Origin: Eledone cirrhosa
Lineage: Eukaryota
Reading direction: 5' to 3'
Assembly (NCBI GenBank): GCA_964016885.1
Contig: OZ024743.1
Span: 199,392,001-199,456,000 of the forward strand
Length of the DNA: 64,000 nucleotides
Every line of letters starts with the position of its first letter. Positions within the stretch are counted from its first letter, which is position 1. Of the stretch, positions 1-11,396 are shown in pieces. The notes under the pieces are model-generated. The model was not told the DNA's origin. It did not search any database and worked only from the letters and a program-made list of their open reading frames with translations. The position numbers and the translations under genes were made by a program.

Positions 1-869
1 GTATTCAGTTATATTTTAGGCAGTGAATTGGCAGAATTGTTAGAATGTTGGCTAGAACGCTTAATGATATTTATTCCAGTACTTTGAGTTCAAAAGTCAC
101 AGAGGTCAAAATTGCATTTCGTTCTTTCAAAGTTGGTTAAAGACATACCGGTTTAGTATTGGGGTCAATTCTTTCTCTAAATCTCTTTCTCACATCCACT
201 CTCTCATTCTCCCATCCTTCTCTGGAATAAATCGGCAGTGTTCAGACCTGGAGATGTGATGGACTCTGCCAGGTTATAATATGTTACTATAACACAAGTA
301 ACATAAAATGTTACTATAACACAGCAACTACTAGTTAATGCATATATACATGTTTAACTCCAAATAAGCTCTGATTGAATAGATCTAAGATCAAAGATAT
401 TCCAGCCATGCTCCTATACCATCCTATTTTTGCCAGTTGCCATAGTGTAACCTAGATTATATTAGCCAATGGTGTCCTTTTATTAAGACAGGATGTGGTT
501 GAGGGAAATTTGGTTGCAACTATTAACAGATCAAGCAACTGTATAGAGGCTCATTTGTTAGTTTATTTCAATGATATGTTGTTGTTGTTGATCTCGGGCA
601 CACCTGATTGAGCAACTATACCAACTATGACTATCCAAACTATTTTATGGATCAGGGACTACCTAAAAATGATGGAGGGCGAAATGAAAGCCATTGGCAA
701 GATAAGGGGATGGAGACAATAGGAAAATATGGTTAAGTTTGTCAAGGGACCAGCAAGGACAGCCCCTGGTTTTGCAGAGAAGATAACCTTAAAAATGTTG
801 TGTTATGTTGTTGTACATTGTTTAGTTTCCTTCCTTTTTTTTAAAAAAAGATGGTAGGGTGTGATTTAA

Positions 870-1063
870 CCCTTGCTCTATATTTACTATTACATTTTCG
901 CAGTGAACACTTATCTCACATAATATCGAATCTATGAGATTTTGATACTATTTATTTTGAAAACAATACCTTAACATAAATATAAGTGGCCAGTTATGGC
1001 CAGTTTGAACAAAAAGAAATGAGAGAATTCTGGCTGGATACAGCTGGTTTAAATGCTAATGGG
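870..1063. mobile_element. piggyBac-type MITE (TTAA-CCC...GGG-TTAA), copy A
   Basis: Flanked by TTAA on both sides, begins CCC and ends aaatgctaatGGG; internal ttatctcacataatatcgaatctatgagattttg shared with four other copies. Confidence 0.75.
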
Positions 1064-1748
1064 TTAAAAAAGATTTCATTGAAACTCCTAGCAGATTGAG
1101 TGACACATACAAGTTTCTTCATTATTGGTGATATATGGTGGAGCTGTTGGTGAAGTTCAATGGAGGTGATAGTGTGAAAATGTATGAGATTTGTAGATTA
1201 TTGTTGGTATTTATCCCCAGTTCAAACTCATCAAGCAGAACTAAGATCAAGGGCTCTTTAGTCATGATTATCCCAGCCTCTCTCCAGATATACTGTATCT
1301 AAAAATATATTATCCAATGAGTCCTTCAGATTTTTAACTTCCAATATCCTGTACCCCATGAAACCACATTAGCAAGTTGTTCTTAAAGTATATAAAACAG
1401 TGCTATAACTACATCACTTTAAAACACCAAAGAATGTAGTTTACTGTAAATGTTTATAATGACCTGTGCACTAGTAGAAATGCTATAAACATTTAAATAA
1501 ACTAAGCATGTCAAAAAAATGCCATTACAGTATTTGTATGGCTTTTTACATTCTAAGTTCAAATCATGCTATGATCAACATTGCCTGTCATCCTTCTGCA
1601 GGTGATAAAATAAAGTAGCAGTCAAGTATTGAGGTTGATTTAATCAACTTTGCCCTTCTCCCATTTGTTGGCCTTGTGCCATCATCCCAGGATATTAAGT
1701 GTTTAGATATCACAGGGCATTAAGAGTTAAATCATCACACGATATTAT

Positions 1749-2159
1749 CCCTTTACCATTTACATTACTCTATATTTACTATTATATTTTTGTGGTAAAG
1801 GCTTTACCTCACATTATTATCTCATTGGCAGTATCGGTAGAGGGTCGGACGCCATGCTTTCCAGTATAGAGTTACGCCCCTTTACAGTCTGAGTTCAAAT
1901 CCCACGGACGTTAACTTTGCCTTTCATCCTTACAGGACCAATAAAATAAAGTACCAGTAATGCACTGGGATAACTGCTGGCCTTGTGCCAAAAGTAGAAA
2001 CAATTATTATCTCACATAATATCAAATCTATGAGATTTTGATGTTATCTATTTTGAGAACAATACCTTAACATAAATAAGAGCAGACGGTTATGGCCAGC
2101 TTGAACAGAAAGAGGGGAGAGAATTCTGACCAGATATGGCCAGTTTAAATACTATAGGG
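1749..2159. mobile_element. piggyBac-type MITE copy B, interrupted by a SINE
   Basis: ccctttaccatttaca...taaatactatagggTTAA; same internal sequence as copy A; SINE inserted at 1825-2010. Confidence 0.7.
1825..2010 (+). mobile_element. tRNA-derived SINE group A
   Basis: A-box-like TGGCAGTATCGGT, B-box GAGTTCAAATCCC, 3' hairpin ccagtaatgcactgg, tail gtagaaacaattatt; 12-bp TSD attattatctca (1813-1824 / 2003-2014). Confidence 0.9.
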
Positions 2160-2285
2160 TTAAGAGTTAAGACAAGTAGGGTCTAATTTGAGGGAGATTT
2201 CGTTAATTTACTACCAATAGGTGGTGATGGTATTAGTGATGGTGATACTTGTATTACTAGAAGATATTATTTTGGTGGTGGATGG

Positions 2286-2470
2286 ATGGATTGGCAGTAT
2301 CGGTAGAGGGTCGAACGCCATGCTTTCCAGCATAGTTACGTCCCTTTACGATCTGAGTTCAAATCCCGCCGATGTTGACTTTGCCTTTCATCCTTACAGG
2401 GTCGATAAAATAAAGTACCAGTAATGTACTGGGTATTTGCTGGCCTTGTGCCTAAAGTAGAAACAATTAT
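2286..2470 (+). mobile_element. SINE group A
   Basis: Same consensus; ~20-bp TSD attattttggtggtRgatgg (2266 / 2466). Confidence 0.9.
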
Positions 2471-2564
2471 TTTGGTGGTAGATGGTCACAGTGGGTGTCA
2501 GTAATAACAATAATAACAATGTTGGCAATGATGGTGATGGTCATGGGGATGTCAATATTAATGA

Positions 2565-3662
2565 TGTTGGTGGTGGTGGTGGTGGTGGTGGTGGTGGTGG
2601 TGGTGGTGGTGGTGGTCATGGTGGTAGTGGTGGTGGTGGTGGTGGTGGTGATGATGGTGGTGGTGGTGGTCATGGTGGTAGTGGTGGTGGTGGTGGTGGT
2701 GATGGTGGTGGTGGTGGTGGTGGTTATGGTGATAGTGGTGATGGTCATGGTGGTAGTGGTGATGGTCATGGTGGTAGTGGTGATGGCGATGGTGGTAGTG
2801 GTGATGGTCATGGTGGTAGTGGTGATGGCGATGGTGGTAGTGGTGATGGTCATGGTGGTGATGGTGATGGTGGTAGTGGTGATGGTCATGGTGGTAGTGG
2901 TGGTCATGGTGGTAGTGGTGACGGTGATGGTGGTGGTGATGGTGGTGGTGGCCATGGTGGTGGTGGTGATGGTGGTGGTGGTGGTGGTGGTGGTCATGGT
3001 GGTAGTGGTGATCGTCATGGTGGTAGTGGTGGTGGTCATGGTGGTAGTGGTGATGGTGGTGGTCATGGTGGTAGTGTTGATCGTCATGGTGGTAGTGGTG
3101 ATCGTCATGGTGGTAGTGGTGGTGGTCATGGTGGTAGTGGTGGTAGTGGTGATCGTCATGGTGGTGGTGGTGGTCATGGCGGTAGTGGTGATCGTCATGG
3201 TGGTAGTGGTGGTGGTCATGGTGGTGGTGGGGGTGGTCATGGCGGTAGTGGTGATCGTCATGGTGGTAGTGGTGGTGGTCATGGTGATGGTGGTGGTCAT
3301 GGTGGTAATGGTGATCATCATAGTGGTGGTGGTGGTGGTCATGGTGGTGGTGGTGGTCATGGTGGTAGTGGTGGTGGTGGTGGTCATGGTGGTAGTGGTC
3401 ATGGTGATCGTCATAGTGGTGGTGGTGGTCATGGTGGTAGTGGTGATGGTGGTGGTGGTCATGGTGGTAGTGGTGATCGTCGTAGTGGTGATGGTCATGG
3501 TGGTAATAGCAATAATGACAGTAATGATGATGATGTTAGCAAAAATGAATTTGAGGATAATAGTAGTGACATCGATGATGATGAAGACAATGTCGATGAT
3601 GATGAAGACAACGACGATGATGATGATGATGAAGACAACGATGATGATGATGGTGTCATGTG
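2565..3662. repeat. Compound (GGT)n microsatellite with GAT/CAT/AGT variants, grading into (GAT)n
   Basis: Pure triplet periodicity; higher-order units such as ggtggtagtggtgatcgtcat. Confidence 0.95.
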
Positions 3663-4074
3663 ATGGCGTGTGTCATTAGCTATAACACTATCTGTAAATG
3701 ACAACAAAATAACCTTATAATATTCAATAATCCTCAACAATTACAGCCTGAAATCCTATTTAGAATCAAAAAGAGGAGGAAATATCGAAATACTACACCT
3801 TAATGGCTCACTTGCTTATTAAAATATCTTCTCTCTATATTTTTCTAGGTATTTTTTTTGTTTTTTTGGCTGTTTTTGTTTTGTTTGTTTTTGTTTTATT
3901 TGTTTTCGTTTTGTTTGTTTTTGTTTTAGTTGTTTTTTTTTTTTTTTTTTTGTGGTTGTTATTTTTTTCTTTTAATTTCTGGAAGGGGGAGAATAAAATC
4001 AGGTCTACATCTTCAGATCTTCTGTCATTATATTTCATAATTGTCTCTATATCCTGACTGTTGAAATGTCTTTC

Positions 4075-4590
4075 TACATGGACATATGCACATACACATA
4101 CATACTTATACCAGCCAACACACTAACGCATGCACACAGAGGCATTCCAGCACACAGACGCACCAGCATACTAACACATGCATACACGCACATGTGCATA
4201 CACACACACTCACCAGCACACTGACATATGCACATACGCACACACACATACACCAGCACATACACACACACACCAGCACATACACATACACCAGCACACT
4301 AACACATGGACACACACACACACACACCAGCACACTAACACATGCGCGCACACACACACACACACACCAGCACATACACATACACCAGCATACTAACACA
4401 TGGACACACCACACACACACACCAGCACACAAACACATGGACACACACACACAACACACACACCAGCACACTGACACATGCACACACCAGCACACTAACA
4501 CATGCACACACACACCAGCACACGAACACATGGACAGACACACACAACACACACACCAACACACTAACACATGCACACACACACACCAAT
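4075..4590. repeat. (CA)n-derived minisatellite (unit ~cacaccagcacactaacacatg)
   Basis: Tandem degenerate units visible directly. Confidence 0.9.
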
Positions 4591-4856
4591 GGTCCCACAC
4601 TCAGCTGGAATTTAGGAGATACAGAGTTCTATTTCTTCTAGCAGGCACTGGTCCCATTTTTCCACCCAAAGGGATATTTTCCCTGATTTTCTAAACTATT
4701 ATATATAGCAATTGACTGTGTTACAATTATTTTCTGCATCTGGGATTCCTACATTTTCTACAAATATATATATAAGTGTATATATATGATGATGATTTCA
4801 TTGAATGAAACAGTTTGAGTCTTGTAGAAGCCATTTATATATATATATATATATGA

Positions 4857-4955
4857 AGAGATTCAGGACCCGATTACTGAGCTCCGGCTGTTTCAACAGC
4901 TAGATCTGAACTAAGTATTAGAATGGTGGGGTTCTAGCTGAACTTATCAAGGGGT
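4857..4955 (-). ncRNA. Degenerate hammerhead-like motif with long stem II
   Basis: Minus strand: TTGATAA-gtt-CAGCTAGA...TCTAGCTG-tt-GAAA-cagc; core mutated; 3' part homologous to both arms at 16870-16996. Confidence 0.4.
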
Positions 4956-5662
4956 ACAATCCATATATGGGCAAGCAGTCAAAGCAAAAAGGCAAAAAAA
5001 TCTAAGCAAAAAATCTTTAAAAGTTTCTTGTTTTTCTTGTTTTTCTCCAGGAGTGGTCAGTGATCTGGAGGGGGGGGGGTAACCTTAGATCAAATGGCTC
5101 ATTTAGTCCTGCTAAAAGTCATGTATATAGTTTATTACCATCTTGAGAGTGAGGTGGGTGGAGTTGAGGGCTATATTCATTTATAAATGCCCAAGTGCAT
5201 CCAGTTTAAAATAGTTTCACTGGATCCTTGGCTGTGACTAAAAGAGTTGGTGTCAGGAAAGCCATGAGACTATAAAACAAAAAATTGCCCCAATAAGTCC
5301 CATCCAGCCCATGTCAGCATAGAAAAGTTGATATGAAAACACTAATGATACAGTGTCTATCAACCAAATTCACCCTGTCAAAGTATCAGTCACTATTTTA
5401 ATAGGTTTGTGGTTGTGCCTGTTGTCAGTGGAGACTTCCAGCGTTCTTGTCCCCCGTATAACATCCCTAATCACTGCTAATGGTCAGAGTTGGCTACCTC
5501 CAAGAGTGATCCCCCATGAGTTAGAACGGTTGTTCTAGCGGGTCTCCCTTGCCATCCTCCAGGACAATGTCTGCTGAGACCACGAGGTAGACTAACCCTT
5601 AACCAGTGAGTAGTAAACATTAGATATTTGTTTTTATCATCAACAAATATTTATACTATGTG

Positions 5663-5995
5663 AAGGTGCATGGCTTAATGTTAGAGCATTGGGCTTGCAA
5701 TCGAAAGGTTGTGAGTTTTATTCTCGGACCGGGTGATGTGTTGTGTCCTTGAGCAAGACACTTTATTTCGCGTTACTCCAGTTTCCTGAGCTGTAGAAAT
5801 GAGTTGTGACGTCACTGGTGCCAAGCTGTATTGTACTTTACCTTTCCTTTGGACAACATCGGTGGCTTGGAGAGGGGAGACTGGTATTCATGGGCGACTG
5901 CTGGGCATCCAGAAACAACTTTACCTGGGCTTGTGCCTCAGAGGGAAACTTTCTAGGTGCAAATCCCATGGTCATTTGTGACCAAAGAGGGACTT
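5663..5995 (+). mobile_element. tRNA-headed CORE-like SINE group B, tail type 1
   Basis: Head ggtgcatggctta..gtgagtt; CORE-like tgtgtccttgagcaagacactt; unique 3' tail. Confidence 0.8.
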
Positions 5996-6261
5996 TGATA
6001 TGTATACTAGACCAATATTGAGATATTGATTGGGTACAGTCTATAGTAAAAGACACTTCTTAAAAATGTCCCACTGTGGGATAGAACTGACAGCCATGTG
6101 GTTGTGAGGTAAAATTCTTAACTACACAGCCATGCCTGCCCCATATGTGTGTGTGTGTGTGTGCATGTATATATGTGTGCTTGTATATGTGTATGTGTGT
6201 GCATGTGTGTAAATATATATATATATGTGTGTGTTTGTATATGTGTGTATATATATATGTT

Positions 6262-6445
6262 TCATCATCATCATCATTGTTTAACATTTATCTTCCACAC
6301 TAGCATGGGTTAGACGGGTTTGTCCCATTTAGAGGCAAGTTGGGTTGGGTGACCGTATCTCGCTCATATAGGACTGTTTCTGGCTGGTTTCTATGGCTGG
6401 ATGCCCTTCCTAACGCCAACCACATTTACAGTGTGGGCTGGATGT
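6262..6445 (-). mobile_element. RTE-type 3' end fragment with (GAT)n tail
   Basis: Matches the RTE 3' UTR at 39210-39400 (tagcatgggttagacggg; ctggatgcccttcctaac). Confidence 0.75.
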
Positions 6446-6509
6446 TTTATATATATATATATATAAAGTTAAATAAAAGTCAAATGATTAAAATTTAGCT
6501 TTGTTTATT

Positions 6510-6564
6510 ACTGCTATATATATTTCAGTGACAGCCATCTTTGGTTGTGACCTCTTCAGGCAGT
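6510..6564 (-). ncRNA. Minimal type-I hammerhead ribozyme (family H1)
   Basis: Minus: actgc-CTGAAGA-GGTCACAACCA aaga TGGCTGTCACT-GAAA-TATATA-TA-gcagt; within element 6467-6678. Confidence 0.8.
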
Positions 6565-6675
6565 TTGAATTAGTATGGTATAGACAAGTACATATGTTGT
6601 TTAGGTGTATGATATTGTCAATACTCTGATATGCCCAGTTCCTTGTTGGGTTGTTAATTCACTGAGGAACTGGAG

Positions 6676-6745
<70 letters not shown>

Positions 6746-6842
6746 TTAGGGTTTCCTGATGCTTTCCTTTGAATGGAACAGTTCTAGTCCTGTAGAAGCC
6801 ATTTCTATATTAAATGTGTGATATATATATATATATATATAT

Positions 6843-6881
6843 AGTCACTGAGGAGGTCACAGAATGTGTGTTGAAAGAGTT

Positions 6882-6887
<6 letters not shown>
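6843..6887 (+). ncRNA. Degenerate solo hammerhead (Penelope-related family H2) between (TA)n tracts
   Basis: agtca-CTGAGGA-ggtcaca gaa tgtgtgtt-GAAA-gagtta; stems partly decayed. Confidence 0.55.
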
Positions 6888-6927
<40 letters not shown>

Positions 6928-7094
6928 TTTGAGTATATGTATTTTGAGTATATGTTGGTTGTATAGCAACACCTCAGTATGCAAATTGGAGCACTCGAGA
7001 AAGTGCGCAAGTTGGTTCGGTTATTCCGGAGTAATGTAAAATAAAATAAAATAAAATAAATAAGTCAAATGTTTAAAATTTGGCATCGTTTATT

Positions 7095-7149
7095 ACTGCT
7101 ATATATATTTCGGTTACAGCCATCTTTGGCTGAGACCTCTTCAGGCAGT
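7095..7149 (-). ncRNA. Minimal type-I hammerhead ribozyme (H1), left arm of foldback 7037-7440
   Basis: Minus: actgc-CTGAAGA-GGTCTCAGCCA aaga TGGCTGTAACC-GAAA-TATATA-TA-gcagt; perfect 5-bp stem I, intact core, palindromic stem III. Confidence 0.88.
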
Positions 7150-7330
7150 CCGAATTAGTGTGGTAGAGACGAGTACACATGCTGTTGAGGTGTTTAACTT
7201 TGTCAATACTCTGATATGATTCCAGTTCCTCAGTGAAATAACAACCCAACCAGGAACTGGGCATATCAGAGTATTGACAAAGTTAAACACCTCAACAACA
7301 TGTGTACTCGTCTCTACCACACTAATTCGG

Positions 7331-7385
7331 ACTGCCTGAAGAGGTCACAGCCAAAGATGGCTGTAACCGAAATATATATAACAGT
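7331..7385 (+). ncRNA. Minimal type-I hammerhead ribozyme (H1), right arm of foldback 7037-7440
   Basis: actgc-CTGAAGA-GGTCACAGCCA aaga TGGCTGTAACC-GAAA-TATATA-TA-acagt; first stem I pair mismatched. Confidence 0.85.
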
Positions 7386-7440
7386 AACAAACGAAGCCAA
7401 ATTTAAACATTTGACTTATTTATTTTATTTTATTTTATTT

Positions 7441-7470
<30 letters not shown>

Positions 7471-7471
<1 letters not shown>

Positions 7472-7652
7472 TCGAAGCCCTTTTGTCAAATATGCTGTGA
7501 CCTCCTCAGTGACTAGGTTTTTATTTTGGGTCTCTCCTTTGTTCTGTCCTACACCATCTTGTTTTTGTGTGTAGGACAGAACAAAGGAGAGACCCAAAAT
7601 AAAAACCTAGTCACTGAGGAGGTCACAGAATGTTTGACAAAAGAGCTTCGAC
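7471..7652. mobile_element. Short head-to-head foldback of Penelope-related 3' ends with two hammerhead-like motifs (7471-7513 -, 7610-7652 +)
   Basis: gtca-CTGAGGA-GGTCA...TGAC-AAAA-GAGCTT-cgac (GAAA mutated to AAAA); taggacagaacaaa shared with the Penelope 3' UTR at 13261; (TA)n on both sides. Confidence 0.75.
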
Positions 7653-7653
7653 A

Positions 7654-7684
<31 letters not shown>

Positions 7685-7701
7685 TACATATATATATCTA
7701 T

Positions 7702-10700
7702 ATATTGTTATACTTTGGGAGGGTCATGTTGCCAATAAGAAACACACGCACCAGTTGCTTTCACTTCAATTTATTATAATAAATTTATAAATTTAGGAAT
7801 TTATAAATTTCTGGTTGGTTGGTTGGTTCCACAACCAGATAGTTGTTTATATATTGTCAAAGTTCTTTCGTCACACATTCTGTGACCTCTTCAGTGACTG
7901 GGGATTCTTTTCTTTGTTTTTGTGTCTCTCCTTTGTTCTGTCCTATGCCATTTTATTTCTGTGTGGGTGTCGTGTGCTCAGTCTGCGCATGCGCCACATC
8001 CGGGTGTCTGTGTGTGTTTATATTTGTTTATTTATATGTTTATTTACATGTTACCGGTTGGTTGTTTGTTCTGTGTGTGTGTGTGTTTTCATTTTGTCCT
8101 TAATTGTAAGTTGTGATGTTGCTGTTCCACTCATATTTTCTATTTAATTTTGGTTGTAATTCTTTTATGTTTATTGCCTCTGTGATTTGTCTAAACATTG
8201 CATCTTTTCTGTGTGTAGATTCTATTTTTATTTCTATGTTCTCTAATTTACCCTTATGTTCTATTTTAGCATGTTGGTAGAGTACAGATGATTCTTTACT
8301 ATCTTGAAGGTCTCGCCAGTGTTCATTTATCCGTTCCCCTACACTATGAGCTGTCTCACCTATGTACACTATATTTTTGTCTCTACATTGTCCTTCAGTA
8401 CATCTTATGCTATACACTACATTTCTAGTTTTACAGTTAATATGGGGGCTTATTTTACAGGTTATACATTTCTTATCTATACAGGGGGTCTTTGGAAAGG
8501 GTATGTCTTGCTAATAAGTGTTTTTTACGGAGGTACCTGCTCTTTCTACTATCTTAATATTGAGTTTATGTTTATCTAGGGCCCTTCTAAATTTGTAAGC
8601 TAATTCACCTCTAGGGGTTGTATCGATGAACATTACACTCTGGTATTTATTGCTATCATACCATGAGTTTATTCTATTAGCCTTATTCCTAGTTCTTTCT
8701 ATTCTATTCCAAAATTTGCTCCTATACAAGGGGCAGGTCCCATTTGTGTCATTATTTACCATTTTTTCCCATTTGGTTCTGGCTCCTCTATACACTCTGA
8801 TTCTATCTCTCTGATTGTAACCAGATAACTGCATACGGTGGATGAAGTCTTGTATGTGTCTCTCTAGTTCTTCGGGGTTGCACATGCGGGACACGTTTCT
8901 CATCACCCATACCAAATCCGTAATCAGTATGTTGATTTTGGTATGTTCCGAAACAGCCGAGTTTCGGTGGATCAGATGTTTGGAAGTCATGGGTTTGGCA
9001 TAATGGGAATGGAGGATTTGTTTTTTGTTATTAATGGTATCTAACCAGAGCTCTGTGTCTAGTACAGGTAATCGATGGTTGGGGTGTTTACTTGGGTAGT
9101 CTATAGTAACTCTAATAGTCTGGTGGATGGAGTTAGCTATTTGCTGGATGCTTTCCATTGTGTTTTTCTCTAGTTCCTGACTGTTCTCTAGTGGGGGTGT
9201 CTTAACTACGATGTTTATATCGTCAACGTAGCGGGAGTACATTATCAGGGTTAAGGGGTCTTCTAATTGTTCTTTAAGTTTAAGTTTAAGTCTACTGTCC
9301 CACCATACCTTGAATAAGTTAGCTATGTCGCCTGCAATGCTAACACCAATGGCTGCTCCTTCCTCTTGGGCATATTATTTTCCATTAAATTTGAACATAT
9401 GTTCCTTAAGGGTTAGTTTTATGCTGGCCCCTACCACATGTGCAATCATTTTCTTCAGTTCATCGTGGTTTTCGGGTGTCCGTATGGCTCTGGTCCACCC
9501 GTTCCATCTATCTGTGTGGGTTTTCTTGGCCATTGAGGTAATGGTAGGTGGTCTGCCTCTTGCTGGTCTTGTAGGGCACAGGTTGCTAAGGTCATATGTG
9601 TCTAGGTAATTATTACTATAGGTAAGTTTAAGTAGGAGTCCCAGCTCACTGGTATCAATCCCACGGAACTCAACATTGCTCTCACTGATCATTTCTACGC
9701 ATTTCTCCACAGCAAAATCCACGTCAATAGATGGATACAAGGACACAACATCCATACTACCTATTATGCAGTTTGTTAGGTCCCTAGATCGGGTACTCTC
9801 GCCGATTTTGCTGAGGAGGTCCTCCGTGCTGTCACATACATCTGGGGACATTTCAATGATGGGGCGTATGATCAGGGAGAATGAAGTAGGACAGTCTGTA
9901 GTTACTAGCAATGTTAGCCCCACAGACTGGCCGTGCTGGTGGTCCCGTGACAGGGTCACTGCCCGTTTTATGGTCTTTTCGAAGCCCATACAACGCCGGC
10001 ACTTCATTGTTCCAGGCCTGGAAGTTGTTGGCAGTCCTTTTGTTGGGCTGCATTATATTCGTCCACATCACCATATGAGCATTGAGGGCTTTTTCTCTAT
10101 CCTCTTGCTCCTGTGGTGGTACCTCTCTTGTGTTAGTGATGTGGGGTTGCATTGCCTGGATGTAGTTTGGCTGGCTGTCAACCGACATTCTGCCAGACTT
10201 GTCTGTTGGAAAGCATGCTATCTCTCCATTACGCGAGCGCTGCATGAGCTTACGCAAGCCATTTGCAGATTTTTCTCCCAGTTGCTGGGCCTCTATTCTA
10301 TTATGCTTCTTGCTATACTGTTCTATAATATTTCTAAGTTCGGATTTAGCTATACTAAATTGTGCTTCTGTTTGTTCATCGACCTGCGACGGCAATTGCG
10401 TGTGTCTGTTAAATGGTAAAGTCGTGGCGTGGACTCGTCGCAGGTCGAACGACTTATCGGAGGGATTATAAAAAGTAGAGTTCCAGGCTGCTGCTTTATG
10501 TGTACTAGTGCTATTGTTATTGTTAGTTGTGTTGTTTCTATTTCTATTTCTATTTCTATTTCCACCAACAGCCTCATGGTTGTTTCTATGTCTCTCATAA
10601 TTACTCCTGTCTCTTTCCACTGGCTCATTGTTATTATCTACTCTATTTTGTGTGTCTGTGTGTTCGTCTTGGTTATTTTCTTTGTCCATAGTCTCCCTTC

Positions 10701-11396
10701 TCCTTTTAATCCTATTACTTTCCCTTATTTCTGTGATTTCTGTGCTACTGTCATTACTTGTTTTCTGTGTCTGTGTGTTTGTTAAGATTGTGGTGAGGTG
10801 AGAGGCATTGAATGTGTGTGTGTTGTTGTTGTTGATGTGTGCTGTTGTTGATGTGTGTTGTTGTTGTTCTCTCCGTGTGTGTTATTATTGTTGTGTGTGT
10901 TGTTATTGTTGTTTGGTGTCTGCGTGTCTGTTGTTGTTTCTGGGTATGTTATTATTGTTGGTGTGTGTGTGTTGTTGTTATTGTTGTTTGTGTCTGTGTG
11001 TCTGTTGTTGTTGGGATGTGTGTTGTATATGTGTGTGCGTATATTGTTACTTTTGTTTTTGTTTTTGTTTTTGAGGTTCCAACGTAATTTTGTAAATGAT
11101 TTTTCTATTTCTGACAGACAACTAATCATATTTACCTTCTTGAATGTCGCAAATTTCGGTGGTAGAAGTAATACAGATAACTCATCGTCATCTATTGCCG
11201 TGTTGCCGTATATATTTGTGTTGTTGTTGTTGTTGAACTCATCTGTTAATGAGGTATCGGCCATATTTATACCGTCAATTTTGTCGGGATATCTATTGGT
11301 ATTCTCTACAGTATCCTGATTTAGTTTTATCTGCTTAAGCCACTTTAGTTTCTTGTTAAAGTGCTTATCACATTCTTGAGCAATGCACTGTTCTTC
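7702..11396 (-). mobile_element. Penelope-like retroelement, left arm (5'-truncated, frameshifted RT + GIY-YIG endonuclease)
   Basis: ORF pieces 10782-11264, 9853-10689, 9375-10007, 8511-9242, 8100-8417; motifs FPTDKSG, LYGLRKDHK, RPV, SMDVVSLYPSI, YSRYVDD, LPVLD, VYSIRC...VYIGET. Confidence 0.93.
7856..7898 (-). ncRNA. Minimal hammerhead in the Penelope pLTR (left arm)
   Basis: Minus: gtca-CTGAAGA-G-GTCACA gaatg TGTGAC-GAAA-GAAC-TT-tgac. Confidence 0.8.

Noticed and set aside
2482-3663. 393-aa Gly/His/Asp-rich ORF resembling a structural (beak/cuticle-type) protein
   Set aside because: Pure GGT-based microsatellite open in several frames, near single-codon usage, no signal peptide or splice evidence
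6745-6810. Further hammerhead-like remnants (also ~4790-4830 and 19345-19375)
   Set aside because: Cores are incomplete or multiply mutated; cannot be supported without a consensus
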